From Eledone cirrhosa (taxonomy: Eukaryota), in the NCBI GenBank assembly GCA_964016885.1, contig OZ024743.1:249674001-249738000 (forward strand): DNA of 64,000 bases, in the 5' to 3' direction. The notes under the pieces are model-generated. The model was given only the letters and a program-made list of their open reading frames with translations, did not search any database and had not been told where the DNA came from. Shown piece after piece: positions 1 through 14,400 of the stretch. Made by a program: the position numbers and the translations under genes. The number at the start of each line of letters is the position of its first letter. Position 1 is the first letter of the stretch.

Positions 1-95
1 CCAGTACATTACTGGTACTTTATTTTATCGACCCTGTAAGGATGAAAGGCAAAGTTAACCTCGGCGGAATTTGAACTCAGACCGTAAAGGGAAGT
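1..95 (-). mobile_element. tRNA-derived SINE fragment (Meta-core-like family). Further copies at ~1790-1900(-), 4600-4715(+), 20335-20440(-), 38930-39080(-), 39255-39360(-), 45345-45660(-, several), 52370-52460(+), 52820-52970(-), 59130-59310(+)
   Basis: Recurrent motif ctgagttcaaatcccgccgagg(t)caactttgcctttcatcct...gtcgataaaataaagtaccag: a B-box followed by a conserved core. Confidence 0.75.
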
Positions 96-184
96 AACTA
101 TGCTAGAAAGCGTGGCGTCCAACCCCCTACCGATGATTGGTACATCTGTAACAAAAGAAATCATAGAAGGATTAGAACCTGATT

Positions 185-2169
<1,985 letters not shown>

Positions 2170-2170
<1 letters not shown>

Positions 2171-3541
2171 CTCAATTTAACTCTCTTCATCACTAGGACT
2201 CCACACTTATTAATACCAAATTCCATACATATATCATTGCTGAAAATACGGACAGTGTCAACAAGCACATCCAACTCCTTCTCACTCTTCCCAAAGAGTT
2301 TAAGATCGTCCATGAAGATGAGGTGGTTGATGGTAAGCTCTCCTTTTTCCAACTTGTATCCTGCTCTCACTTTTCACAATATAATGGTCAGGGGTATGAG
2401 GGCAAGGACAAACAGCAGAGGGGACAAACTATCTCCCTGGAAGATACCTCTCCTTATCTTCACACCTCTCAAGGATTCTCCACCTGATGTTAACTCTGTT
2501 TCCCAGGACTTCATACTTTTGCTCAACAACTTTCTGATGTTATCTGCCACCTTCAAGACTGAGGTACCATGTCGAATGCCTTTTTGTAATCTATCCATCC
2601 CATGGCAAGACCAGTGTGCCTCCTCTTGCAATTCCTCATTACCATCTTATTAATAAGTAACTGATCTTTTGTACCACGGGACTTCTTTCGGCATCCTTTC
2701 TGTTCGTCTGGTAACAAGTTGTTTATGTGGAGGTGATAGTAGATTTCCTCAGACACAATGCTTGTTAACAGTTTCCACATTACGGACAGGCATGTGATAG
2801 GCCTATAGTTGGTAACATCATTACCCTTGATTCGGTCTTTTATTACCAGAACTGTGGTACCTTTTGTCAACCACTCTGGTACTTCACCCGACATCAAGCA
2901 GTTATTGAACATGGTTGTCAGTTTTGGGGTGGAGGGATGTTATATTTTTAATCCAATACCCTTGCACACCTGGTGATTTCCAGTTGGTTAGTTTTTTGGC
3001 CTGCTCTTTAAGAGTTTCAACTGTGATACTCAAATTAGGTTGTTGGTGTGCTTGTTTACTAATCTCCTTTTGTACTGTCTCAATCCAAACTGCCTGACTA
3101 TTATGTTCAACATCCTGCTCCCATATTCCTCTCCAGAATGTCTTAGTCTGTTCAGCCTCAGGGATCACTTCGTTACCTCTTTCTTTCCCTTCAAGCTGTT
3201 CAAACAACATCTTCTGGTTGTTGTCAAACATGCAGTTCTGTCTATACTGACTAACTCTGATCTCATACCGCCTAATCTTTGCACTTTTTGCTACAATGCG
3301 TTGCTTCAGTTCCTCTCTGATAATATTTAACTTTTTCCCTCTAGTTTTGTACTTTATTTCCAGTCTATTTTTAGTGTCTATGTTTTGTAATGTCCCATTT
3401 AGTAAAGACTGAAGCTTTCTAATGTCTTTTCTCATTTCCTTGATTTGACCATTCAGTCGTTTCTTCCACCAAGGTTCTGATCTTTCTTGTTTGTTGTTTC
3501 CTCTCCTTTTTGTGCCAAGTAATTTGCTGACTACATTTACG
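2170..3541 (-). mobile_element. R4/Dong-type LINE internal fragment (RT region, broken)
   Basis: ORF fragments with NYRPITCL, GIFQGDSLSPLLF and HLIFMDDLKL. Colinear with, but diverged from, 28998-30405. Confidence 0.88.
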
Positions 3542-3577
3542 TATTATAATAATAATAATAATAATTATTATTATTAT

Positions 3578-4580
3578 AGTTGCATTTATCTTTCTCTATG
3601 TTCATACGAGTTATCACCAAGTCACAACCAGTGACCTCAAGAAACAACAAGGTCCGCCATGTTCAAGAAAGAACATACATACACACACATGCATCTTTAG
3701 GTGTTTAGACTTGTGATGTACTTATATTGACAGAATCTTCCTTAGTATATGGGCAGTTCCCATTAGTACTATCTTTTGTATTTCTCCTATACGCGGGTTT
3801 CCTGGGATTTGCGATAAGTAATCATTAGACCCCTTAGGTATCATTCCTAGAGCGCCCACAACCACTGGTATTGTTTTAGTTCTCAATTTCCACATTTTTC
3901 CAATTTCTATCTCCAGGTCCTTATACTTGCTCAATTTTTAAAATGTTTTTATAGATGCATTCTTGTCTATTGGAACGGACATATCAATTAGCAGGCATAG
4001 CCTCTTTTTAAAGTCCTTCAGTATTATATCAGGTCTATTTGCATCTATTTTTCGGTCTGTTTGGATGCTAAAGTTCCACAAGATTGGGATGTGATCTTTT
4101 TCAAGTATGGGAGGTGGTTGATGCTCCCACCAATTCTTTTGATGGGGCAGGTCAAAATGCTTACACATTATCCAATGAATGTATTGTGCAGCTCTGTCAT
4201 GCCTGTTTAGGTATTCGGTTGGAGCTATAGGACTGCACATTTAAATTATATGATCAATGGTCTCTGGTTGTTTTTTTACATACACGGCATAATGGGTTGC
4301 ATCCATTTTTTATTATGTTGGCTTGGTAATTTTTTTGTTGGCAGACACTGATCTTGTGCTGATATAATCAGTCCTTCAGTCTCCGATTTCAGTCCAGAGG
4401 ATGCCAACCACTGATGGGTTAAAGTTTTGTCAACATCAGGATTGTTAGCTCTTTCTGGGTATTTTCCATACTGAAGCTTTTCTTGCCATTTCTTAGCCAG
4501 TTTCTGTAGTAGTTTTTCTTTGCAGTTACTTTTACCTGCTTTGCTTTTCTGTGTTTTCCATTTCAGCAGTAAATGGAACA
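3578..4580 (-). mobile_element. R4/Dong-type LINE 3' fragment (CCHC/RLE endonuclease), second family
   Basis: KSETEGLIISAQDQ, RHD, NRPDIIL...IDMSVP, KYKDL and PVVVGALG motifs. Flanked on both sides by (TAA)/(TTA) repeats. Confidence 0.88.
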
Positions 4581-4714
4581 TTATTATTATTATTATTATT
4601 ATGAGTTCAAATCCCGCCGAGGTTGACTTTGCCTTTCATCCTTACGGGGTCGATAAAATAAAAGTACCAGTAATGCACTGGATAATTGCTGGCCTTGTGC
4701 CTAAAGTAGAAACA

Positions 4715-4768
<54 letters not shown>

Positions 4769-4927
4769 GTTATATATATATGTATGTATGTTTTCAAAAT
4801 TGTTAGTTTAGATCTCATTATAAATGAAAAATTAGTTACTATCTGTATCTGCTGCCTGCTGCCTTTCCAAACAGAAGGGTGAGGTTTGTGGTGCTGAGAA
4901 GTTTATTAATACAGAAAGAGATACAGC

Positions 4928-4991
4928 ATGGAGAATAAGGCTATGGATTTGAAACAGTTGAAGGAGCCACCTATTACTCCTGAATTAAAAG
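4928..4991 (+). CDS. Candidate first coding exon of the SLC22 gene (MENKAMDLKQLKEPPITPELK + 1 nt)
   Basis: Non-repetitive ATG ORF ending AAA G|gtctga (phase 1). This matches the phase-1 acceptor at 17291 (G|AT = Asp). The donor is weak and there is no homology support. Confidence 0.3.
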
Positions 4992-5044
4992 GTCTGAATA
5001 TCTATCTATCAATCAATCAATCAATCAATCAATTAATCTCTCTC

Positions 5045-5077
<33 letters not shown>

Positions 5078-5152
5078 TTATCATTCTCTTATGAACATTT
5101 TTTTGCCCTGTGTTGGATTTTGTTTATATAGTATAAATCTCTCTCTCTCCCT

Positions 5153-5200
<48 letters not shown>

Positions 5201-5586
5201 TTGATGTTTATAAATGTCACTCATTTTTTCAGTCCCATTTAGTAAAGTAAAATAAAGTATATTTATTTAATGACCTAACCACTATGGTGTAAATTAGGAT
5301 CACAAAATTAAATAAATGATCATAAATTAGTATTATTATCAATTAGAGAGTCAACTGTATTATTAGAATTTATCACTTTCTATGTATATTTAAATCAAAT
5401 ATTTTTTATTATTCAAATTTATACTATGGCTGCAATATTTTAAGAAGTTTTAAGAAGAAGTTTTCTTGTCCTTTACTTTTCCAGGTGTAATAACTTGTCC
5501 GTTACTTTTCTAGGTTTATTAATTTAAGAATATTTCTTTACATGCGCCCGCATTTTTCCCTGTAATATATATATATATATATACAT

Positions 5587-6500
5587 ACTAGCCGAATTAC
5601 CTGCGCCTTGCTGCATTTCACACATTTTTTTTTGTAAGAAAATGATGATTTATTTTAAATCAGTGATATAATTTATGGAGAAAAACTCTGCATTTCAATA
5701 CTACTCAATGTAAAATGTAATGCATGAAAAATTGGAAAACCTTATTTTGTAAATAATTTTTTTCAAAATATCAATTGAAAACGTTTTGTGAATAGGCATC
5801 ATATCTTGTCATTTACCGATGGTTTAAATTTCATATAAATCGAAGGGAAAAAATATTTTTTGTACCCCCGGGTAACCCTTTGATTAAAATGAAATATACT
5901 TATCCAAGTACTCTGGACAATGTTGTTTCGGAATATATATGGTTTTATAATTTGCTGAAATTTTGTGAATAGGCATCATGTCTTGTCATTTACCTATGGT
6001 TTAAATTTCATATAATTCGAAAGGAAAAATATTTCAGCAGGGTTTTGTGCCCCCGGGAAACCCTTTGGTTAAAATGAAATATACCTATCCAAGTACCCTA
6101 GGCAATGTAGTTTCAGAATATATATTGTTAAAGGGTCTATCTCCAAAACCATAGGAGGAGTTCGTGAAATCTTGTTCCATTTATTGGCCAAAATGTTCAC
6201 TATAGGGGGTTTAACCCCATTAGGGAGTCTTAATATTATTGAAATTTGCTGAAGTTTGTGAATAGGCATCATATCTTGTCATTTACCTATGGCTTAAATT
6301 TCATATAATTCGAATGGAAAACATTTTCAGCGGGGGTTTGTGCCCCAGGAAACCCTTTGGTTAAAATGAAATATACTTATCCAAGTACCCTGGGCAATGT
6401 AGTTTCAGAATATATATGGTTATGGGGTCTATCTCCAAAATCATAGGAGGAGTTCGTGAACAAACAAACAAACAGACAGGAATACAACTTTATATATATA
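5587..6500 (+). mobile_element. Non-autonomous Helitron/Helentron-like element with three internal tandem subrepeats
   Basis: Starts (t)actagccgaattacctgcgc and ends acaaacaaacagacaggaatacaactttatata, resembling Lep1/HINE-type termini. The block gaataggcatcatatcttgtcatttacc recurs at ~5790, 5967 and 6260. Confidence 0.55.
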
Positions 6501-6501
6501 T

Positions 6502-6767
6502 ATATAATAACTAGAAATTGATTAACATATAAATAAACATGAATAATCACAGGAGATACTTTTTACAAGTGTGTAAGCACACACAGCTAGGTAGGTAACT
6601 AAATAAAGTTAACCAGAACTTCAAAAATAGATACCTTATACCTTTTTGAAGTTCTGGTTAACTTTATTTAGTTACCTACCTAGCTATGTGTGCTTACACA
6701 CTTGTAAAAATTATCTCCTGTGATTATTCATGTTTATTTATATGTTAATCAATTTCTAGTTATTATA
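6502..6767. repeat. Fold-back palindrome, ~125-bp arms, ~16-nt loop
   Basis: ataataactagaaattgattaac...cagaacttcaaaaa pairs with tttttgaagttctgg...aatcaatttctagttattat. Confidence 0.9.
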
Positions 6768-6867
6768 AAATGCTCGGACCTATTCGTTAGAATCTTAGAG
6801 CTTATTTTGCGGGTGATATGGCGCATGTCTTTCTGGCATGACACCCATAATTTTGATTATCTTATTT

Positions 6868-6941
<74 letters not shown>

Positions 6942-6943
<2 letters not shown>

Positions 6944-9900
6944 AGAGTATTGAAGTTTGCTTGAAGCATTGTGGAATAATAAATAAATATCTTTAAGTCG
7001 TTTGGAAGCCTCGACAATGCAAATGGGTAAATCTCCGAGTAACAAGATCCGGTGGTGGAGAGAGAGATGTAAGTGGGTGTACGTTGAGATGCGTGGTGTG
7101 TAAAGATGTGTAAATGTGTAGAAGAAAGAAGGGAAGAGTATAAAGGATAAAATAAAAATAACAACACAAGAGAGAGTTACCTTGGGAGAGATTTAATAGT
7201 CCCTATATATTTCGGATTCACATCCATCAACTGGGTTTTTTTTTCCTGGGTAAAGGTTGTCTGTCGGACAGGTGCGAAACGCGTCCTCCGCTGTTTGTTG
7301 TTTTGAATATCTGAGGTATTCGGCAGAGCGCGCGTGCGCGTGAAATGGGGTCGGTCGGGCAGAGGTCAGCGGCCGAATGAGGGAGTGGGGTGGCGCTAGC
7401 TGTCAGTTCATTCTCTGCCTGTTTGTTAAATGTTACTGTGTGTGTGTGTGCGTGTGTTGTTGTCTCGCTTGAGTGTGTGTGTGTGTGTGCGTGTGTAGTT
7501 GCCTTGTTCCTCTGTATTGGCAGTGTAGTATGTTCGTATGGTGGAATGCTACTGTGTGTGTGTGTGTAGTTGTCTCGTTTGTGTGTGCGTGTGTTGCTAC
7601 ATCGTTTGTTAACTTAAACCAGCCATCTCATTTCGCTTCTCTCTAATCGGTTGTTTATTTGCGGTCGCAGGCGTTTGATAAAAAGTGCTTCCTTGATACG
7701 TAACGTGTCGACGTTTCTTTCAGTCGCTAGAATTGTGACAATGGGCCTTCCGTCTTTGTTTCCGCATTTGTCTATGTGTTTCCGGAAAGACGAGGCCCTG
7801 GTTTTAGTGTGTTTCTTGATCCGGATGTGCAAAGGTCGGATTGTGCTACCTATGTAGTATTGGTTGCACCTGTCACATTCTATCTTATACACAACGTATG
7901 TGCGTAGGCAACAGTTCGCATCCGTAAGGGAACTGTTTAGACTGTCGGAGAAATGGGCCAACGCTGGCTGTCAAATTATTTTCCTGAAACGCTGCCTAAA
8001 AAACGATGTCATCCCCAACACCATCAGGAACATCCGCTTACCAGTAAGCCTACGTACACCAGCTTTCCAAAACACCACTAACCGCATACATCGCACATGT
8101 ATTAAACAGATCCTGAGACATCTCAACCGCCAATTACACGTCCATAAGCGGACACATCGACTGTCAATAACACCCGGCGACTTGCTCCTGAAAATCACTA
8201 AAGCAATCGACCAGTACTACCACTCCAGAGTCCAATACTAGAAAAAACGGCTCAAGCGAAAATATGAGTGGATCTTGTCGAAACGCCACAACAGGAACAT
8301 CGACACTAACGAACAGACGGACCAGAACCACGTGGGAAACAACAACTTAACAACCGCCACCGCCACATCCACCAACACCGAGCCATACCTCAACGATGCG
8401 ACGCACCTGGTCACCGACCTAACCGGCACTCTCACGAGCGACGAGCTGAAACTCCTACACCTCGGACCCAAGTTCATCGTCTCACAGCGTCTCGACGACA
8501 GACTCAAACTCAACATCGAGCCGCTTACCAACTTAAATGGGTGACCGCATCAACAGCGCCACAGAAAATAACAGCGCCCACGCAACCCACCCCAAGTTCC
8601 CCACTTACCACCCCGATAACCCACTCCACCCCCCACCCACCAACTACGAACTTGACACTAAACTCATCAGGCTAAAACACTCCATCTCGGATATACTTCG
8701 CAAACACACGCACAACACATAACCTCACCAAATCTCAACTCACCACTCTCTCCAACCTAAAATCGAAGAACCTCATCTATCACCCCTCCGACAAGGGAAA
8801 AGAATTCTGCGTCATCAGCAGAGAGGCCTTCAACACCCTGGCCCTCCAACACCTTGACGATGACAAACTCTACTCCAAGGTCACGGGAATCACTCCCGCG
8901 CAGATAGAAGAGCACACCAACTCCGCCTGGACCAACATCTGCGACCGGCGGAAGCTCCCGAAGAAGCTGAGATACAACTTCCTCACGAGGAACAGCAGAC
9001 TACCCGCCTTCTACCACCTCGTGAAAACACACAAACAGGGACCCGACCTGAAGATCAGGCCCATCGTATCGAGCGTGGAGGCACCACTCTACAAAATTTC
9101 ATGGCTCCTAGCCAGAATACTCAAACCCATCTTAGACACCTTGCCGGGACACGTTAACAGCTCCCGACACCAGAAGGAATAACAGATATGCCTTCAGCCT
9201 TGATGTAGTCGCTCTCTACACCTCGGTCCCGGCACTCCCGGCCGTCAATATACTAATGGAACGCGTCCAATCCACCGACTTACACTGCTTCGGGCTCACC
9301 ACCACTGACATCCACCAACTCCTATCCATCGTCGTCGACAACACCTACTTCGGATTCCTTGACCAAACATACCAACAAACCTCGGGATTGCCCATGGGAT
9401 CAAGCCTATCAGGTGTGCTAGCGATCTCTTACATGGACAACCTCGAACGCAAGGCACTCAACGCCTGCCACCCCAACGCCGTAGCCTCCCCCTTTTTCTC
9501 AAGGTACGTGGACGATATCCTCATCCTCACATCTTCCCAAGACACGGCGAACAGAATCTATGAGACGTTCAACAACACGGACGAGAACATTGACTTCAGT
9601 GTTGAACACCCCAACGAAGACGGGTCACTTGCCCTCCTCGACTTCCGAATCAACATCACGGAACAGGGAAGGATCCACTGCAACTTCTACCGAAAGGCAG
9701 CCTGCAGGGACCTGTTGGTTCACTACAAGTCCGCCCTCCCTAACAGTGCCAAAAGAGGATACATCACGAACGAGATCGCGCGAATCAAAAATAGATGCAG
9801 CGATCCCGCGAGTGGTGTCACTCATACCAAGCGATTCCTCGAGGTGCTGGAGACGAACGGGTACCCTACCTTGATCACAGACAGAATAGGAGACATCAGA

Positions 9901-11047
9901 CACAAGAGACAGAGAGGCACCCAAGGAAAATGCCTCCTTAAAATTCCACATCTGGGCGAGAATACCACCAACGCTATACGCAAGGCTATACGGAGGGAGG
10001 AACTCGAGATCCACCTGGCCCACTCGGGCCCCTCCCTGCGAATATGCCTCTCCAAGAAACCCGGGAAATCTACTGACGCATGCTCCCTCAGAGACTGCCC
10101 GATACGCCATGCGAACTGTTGCCTACGCACATACGTCGTGTATAAGATAGAATGTGACAGGTGCAACCAATACTACATAGGTAGCACAATCCGACCTTTG
10201 CACATCCGGATCAAGGAACACACTAAAACCAGGGCCTCGTCTTTCCGGAAGCACATAGACAAATGCGGAAACAAAGACGGAAGGCCCATTGTCACAATTC
10301 TAGCGACTGAAAGAAACGTCGACACGTTACGTATCAAGGAAGCACTTTTTATCAAACGCCTGCGACCGCAAATAAACAACCGATTAGAGAGAAGCGAAAT
10401 GAGATGGCTGGTTTAAGTTAACAAACGATGTAGCAACACACGCACACACAAACGAGACAACTACACACACACACACAGTAGCATTCCACCATACGAACAT
10501 ACTACACTGCCAATACAGAGGAACAAGGCAACTACACACGCACACACACACACACACTCAAGCGAGACAACAACACACGCACACACACACACAGTAACAT
10601 TTAACAAACAGGCAGAGAATGAACTGACAGCTAGCGCCACCCCACTCCCTCATTCGGCCGCTGACCTCTGCCCGACCGACCCCATTTCACGCGCACGCGC
10701 GCTCTGCCGAATACCTCAGATATTCAAAACAACAAACAGCGGAGGACGCGTTTCGCACCTGTCCGACAGACAACCTTTACCCAGGAAAAAAAAACCCAGT
10801 TGATGGATGTGAATCCGAAATATATAGGGACTATTAAATCTCTCCCAAGGTAACTCTCTCTTGTGTTGTTATTTTTATTTTATCCTTTATACTCTTCCCT
10901 TCTTTCTTCTACACATTTACACATCTTTACACACCACGCATCTCAACGTACACCCACTTACATCTCTCTCTCCACCACCGGATCTTGTTACCCGGAGATT
11001 TACCCATTTGCATTGTCGAGGCTTCCAAACGACTTAAAGATATTTAT
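6942..11047 (+). mobile_element. Penelope-like element (RT + C-terminal GIY-YIG, possibly Nematis-like) with an inverted copy of its 3' part at the 5' end
   Basis: N-terminal IIFLKRCLKNDVIP, LHLGPKF, SDKGK, RPIVSS, GLPMGSSLS and RYVDD, then VVYKIEC...YYIGST. 6983-7921 is the reverse complement of 10109-11047. Both ends lie in (TA)n. Confidence 0.93.
7922..10416 (+). pseudogene. PLE RT/GIY-YIG ORF, with stops and frameshifts in the 5' half; 9256-10416 open
   Basis: ORF track fragments 7864-8241, 8275-8544, 8537-8722 and 9256-10416. Confidence 0.88.
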
Positions 11048-11048
11048 A

Positions 11049-11131
<83 letters not shown>

Positions 11132-11457
11132 GTATATATATATATATATATTATATATATATCATCATCATCATCATCATCATCATTTTACATCCGCTTT
11201 TCCCTGCTTGCAAGGGTGGGACGGGAACTGATTCTGGCTTGATTTCTACAGCTGGATGCCCTTCCTAACACCAACCTCATTTACAGTGAGTGCTGGGTAC
11301 TTTTTTGCCGTGGCACCTCCACGACCATTTTGCAGTGGAATTATATGGACCCCAGTCCTATTATCTCATTTCTAAAGCTGAGTAAACAGGAGCAATGTGA
11401 AATAAAGTGTCTTGCTCAAGGAAACAACACATCACCTGCTCAAGGAAACAACACATC

Positions 11458-14400
11458 GTATATATATATATATAATGGAAAATTTGAACAGGAACAAAAC
11501 AGAGAGGCAGTACAACGAATGTTTATTAATTTCACGCTCTTGGGAGTGGGGTGGTGGTGGGGAACGAGGTTTCGGGCATAAGCCCTTCTTCAGGTGAAAA
11601 GTGTGTGGGAAGAGAGTTCAAAGGGTGTGTAGGGGAGTGGTGGAGAGACATATAGCAAAAAGGGGTTGGGAGGAAACGGTGCAAATGAAATTAAAATTAA
11701 AAGCATGATCAAAATAAAATTAAAATGGGGTAAAACAGGTGGTGGAAGGGTGTGGGGCGTGTAGGGGTGGTGGCGGGTGGAGTGGGGAGAGGGAGACGGG
11801 GTGTCCGAGCGGGGAGGGCTGAAGGTGGTGTGTGTGTGTGCGTATGTGAAAGCAAGGGTTGGGGGAAGAACGGGGTTGCATGTTCAGGAAGAGGTGGGGT
11901 GGGGTGTAGGTCGGAGTGTGTGTGCGTGTGTGGATAGAGGGGTGGGGGGGGGAGTGAATCCGGAGGCTGAATTTGTAAATATGTGGTGGAACGCACGTGT
12001 GTGTGGTGTTTAAGCGTGTTGTGGGTGTAGGTGGCGTGTTGGAAAACAATTTTTTTTTGGGGTGTGTGTGTGGGTGAGTCGTAAAGGTGATTCCGTAAGA
12101 AGATGTGGTGGAAAGGTTAGTAAAATCCTAGGATGGTAGTTGATTCCCCGGTCAAGGTCCACATACGAGTAATCCGTGAAGAGATTGGTCGGAAGAGGGG
12201 AGATGTGGGGTGCGCGCGCAACAGGAAGTGGTCAAGGCAGTAGGAGTGCTGTGTGTCTGTGTGTGCTGGAAGGTGGTCAGAGGGCATAGCAGCAGTAGGG
12301 TGGAATGGTAAAGGGGCGAGGATGGGTAGGTGTGAAAGTTGGAGTGAGGAGGGTGTGTGTGTGTATTAGTAGAGGTGTTAGTGGGATGAGTGAGTGTTTG
12401 AAAAAGGGTGTGGGTGGAGCGGGGAGAGAAGGGTGTGGGGGTCGATGGAGGGAGTGTGGTGTACTGGTGTGTGTGTGTAGTTTGATGAAGGGGGTGTTAG
12501 TATACAGGAGGTGGAGAAAGGGTTGAATGCGGGTGTGAGTGGGGGGTCCGTGGTGGTAGGGTGTGTAGAGTTGGTGGTGTAAGAGGGTGTGTGTGTATGT
12601 GTGCGTGGGGTTGGGGGGTGTTAGTGATGTTAGTTGCGTGTAGGGTGGGTGGTGTAAGCGGGTGCGTGTGTTCGTGTGCTTGAGGTCAGGGGGTGTTAGT
12701 GATGTTAGTTGCGGGGTGGTGGGGTGGATGTGTGGGGGTGAGGGTTAGTGGTGGTAGTAGGGTGTGTGTTTAGTGTGAGCGAGGGAGGGAGAAGGGAGGG
12801 ATGTTAGTATGTTAGTTGGGGAAGGGTGGTCGGATGAGGGGTGGAGTGGAGGTGTTAGTATTGTTAGTTGTGGGGTGGGCGATGAAAAGGAGGGGTGTGT
12901 TAGTGGTGTTAGTGGGGGATATGTGTGGGGGGAGGGGGCGGTCGAAGGCTAAAGGATAAGGGTGGGGAGTTCAGGCCGCGGGGAGTGTGGGTCTGTAAGA
13001 TGAAGATGGTTCTTTGTTCAACTCTGAGGAGATTGGCGGGTGTTCCGTGGCATTGGAGTAGGCCACAGACTGTGAGATGGCGTGCGGAATGTCCAGGGGC
13101 ACCAAAGTGGCGGGCGATGGGGAACTACCACCGAGACAAATATCCCGGAGATGCTCAGTGAATCTGTCCGCCAGGCGACGCCCCGTCTGTCCGACGTAAG
13201 TCGCGCTGCACTCCGTGCAGCGAAGTCCGTAGACTAGGTTGGAGGAGGTGCAGCGGAAGGCATACCGGACAGAGAGAGAGTGGCCGTTGGGACCCTGGAA
13301 GGTGGTGGTGTTGGTGATGTGGGGACAGGTGTTGCAGCGGGGCCTAGAACAGGGAAAGGAACCGGGGGGAGCGTGGGTAGGGGGTAGGGAGCTGTGGACG
13401 AGGAGGGTGCGGAGATTGCGTGCGCGTTTGAAGGAGGGGAGTGGTGGGGTTGGGAAGATGTGGGAGGTGGAGGGGTCGGACTGGAGGCGTCGGAAGAGGC
13501 GGCGGATGGTGCGGTGGAGGGGTGGTAGGTGATGGGGAAGGGGAGACGGTGGGTGGGTGTGCGGTGGCATGGGGTGAGGGTGGTGGAGCGGTGGACAGCA
13601 CGGGCGCGGGTGAGAGTGGTGTGGACGAGAGAGAAGGGGTAACCTCTGCGGATGAAATGGCTGACTAGGGAAAGGGCCTGGGACTCGAAGTCAGCATCAC
13701 GGCTACAGAGGCGGCGGATCCTGAGGAGTTGGGAGTAGGGAATAGAGTGTTTAGTGTGTGTGGGGTGGGAAGAGGTGAAGTCGAGGTAAGAGTGGGAGTC
13801 GGTGGGTTTGAAGAAGGCGGAGGTGACGAGGGAGTGGTGGGAGGGGTTGAAGGCGACGGAGATGTCTAAGAAGTGGACGTGGGTGGTGAAGTGGAGGGAG
13901 GGGTGGAAGGAGCAGAAGAAGGAGAGAAAGGAGTCGAGCTGTTCTCGGGTGAGGGTCGTGGCTCCGATACAGTCGTCGATGTAACGACCGTACAGTTCGG
14001 GCGTGGGGCCGGTGTACTGGGCAAATATTTGGGCCTCGACATGGCCAACAAAAAGGTTGGAATAGTTCGGGCCCATTCTTGTACCCATGGCTACCCCCGT
14101 GACCTGTTGGTAAAACTTACCCGAGAAGGAGAAACAATTGAGGGTGAGGACCAGCTCGGCGAGGCGAAGAAGGGTGGGGGTGGAGGGAATGGGGGAGGGG
14201 CGAAGGTCGAGGTAGTGTTTGAGGGCGCGTAGGCCGTCGGCGTGGGGGATGACGGTATAGAGGGACTTGATGTCTAGGGTGAAGAGGAAGGGCTGTGGGC
14301 CGGGTGGGTAGGTGAAGGAGTCGAAAAGGCGCAGGGCGTGGTTGGTGTCGGAGATGTGGGAGGGGAGGGTGGTGACAAGGGGGGCGAGGATGGAGTTGAG

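Noticed and set aside
12610-12915. Interstitial telomeric repeats
   Set aside because: The units are gtgttagt variants, not (TTAGGG)n or (TTAGG)n arrays; they are part of the PLE 3' UTR.
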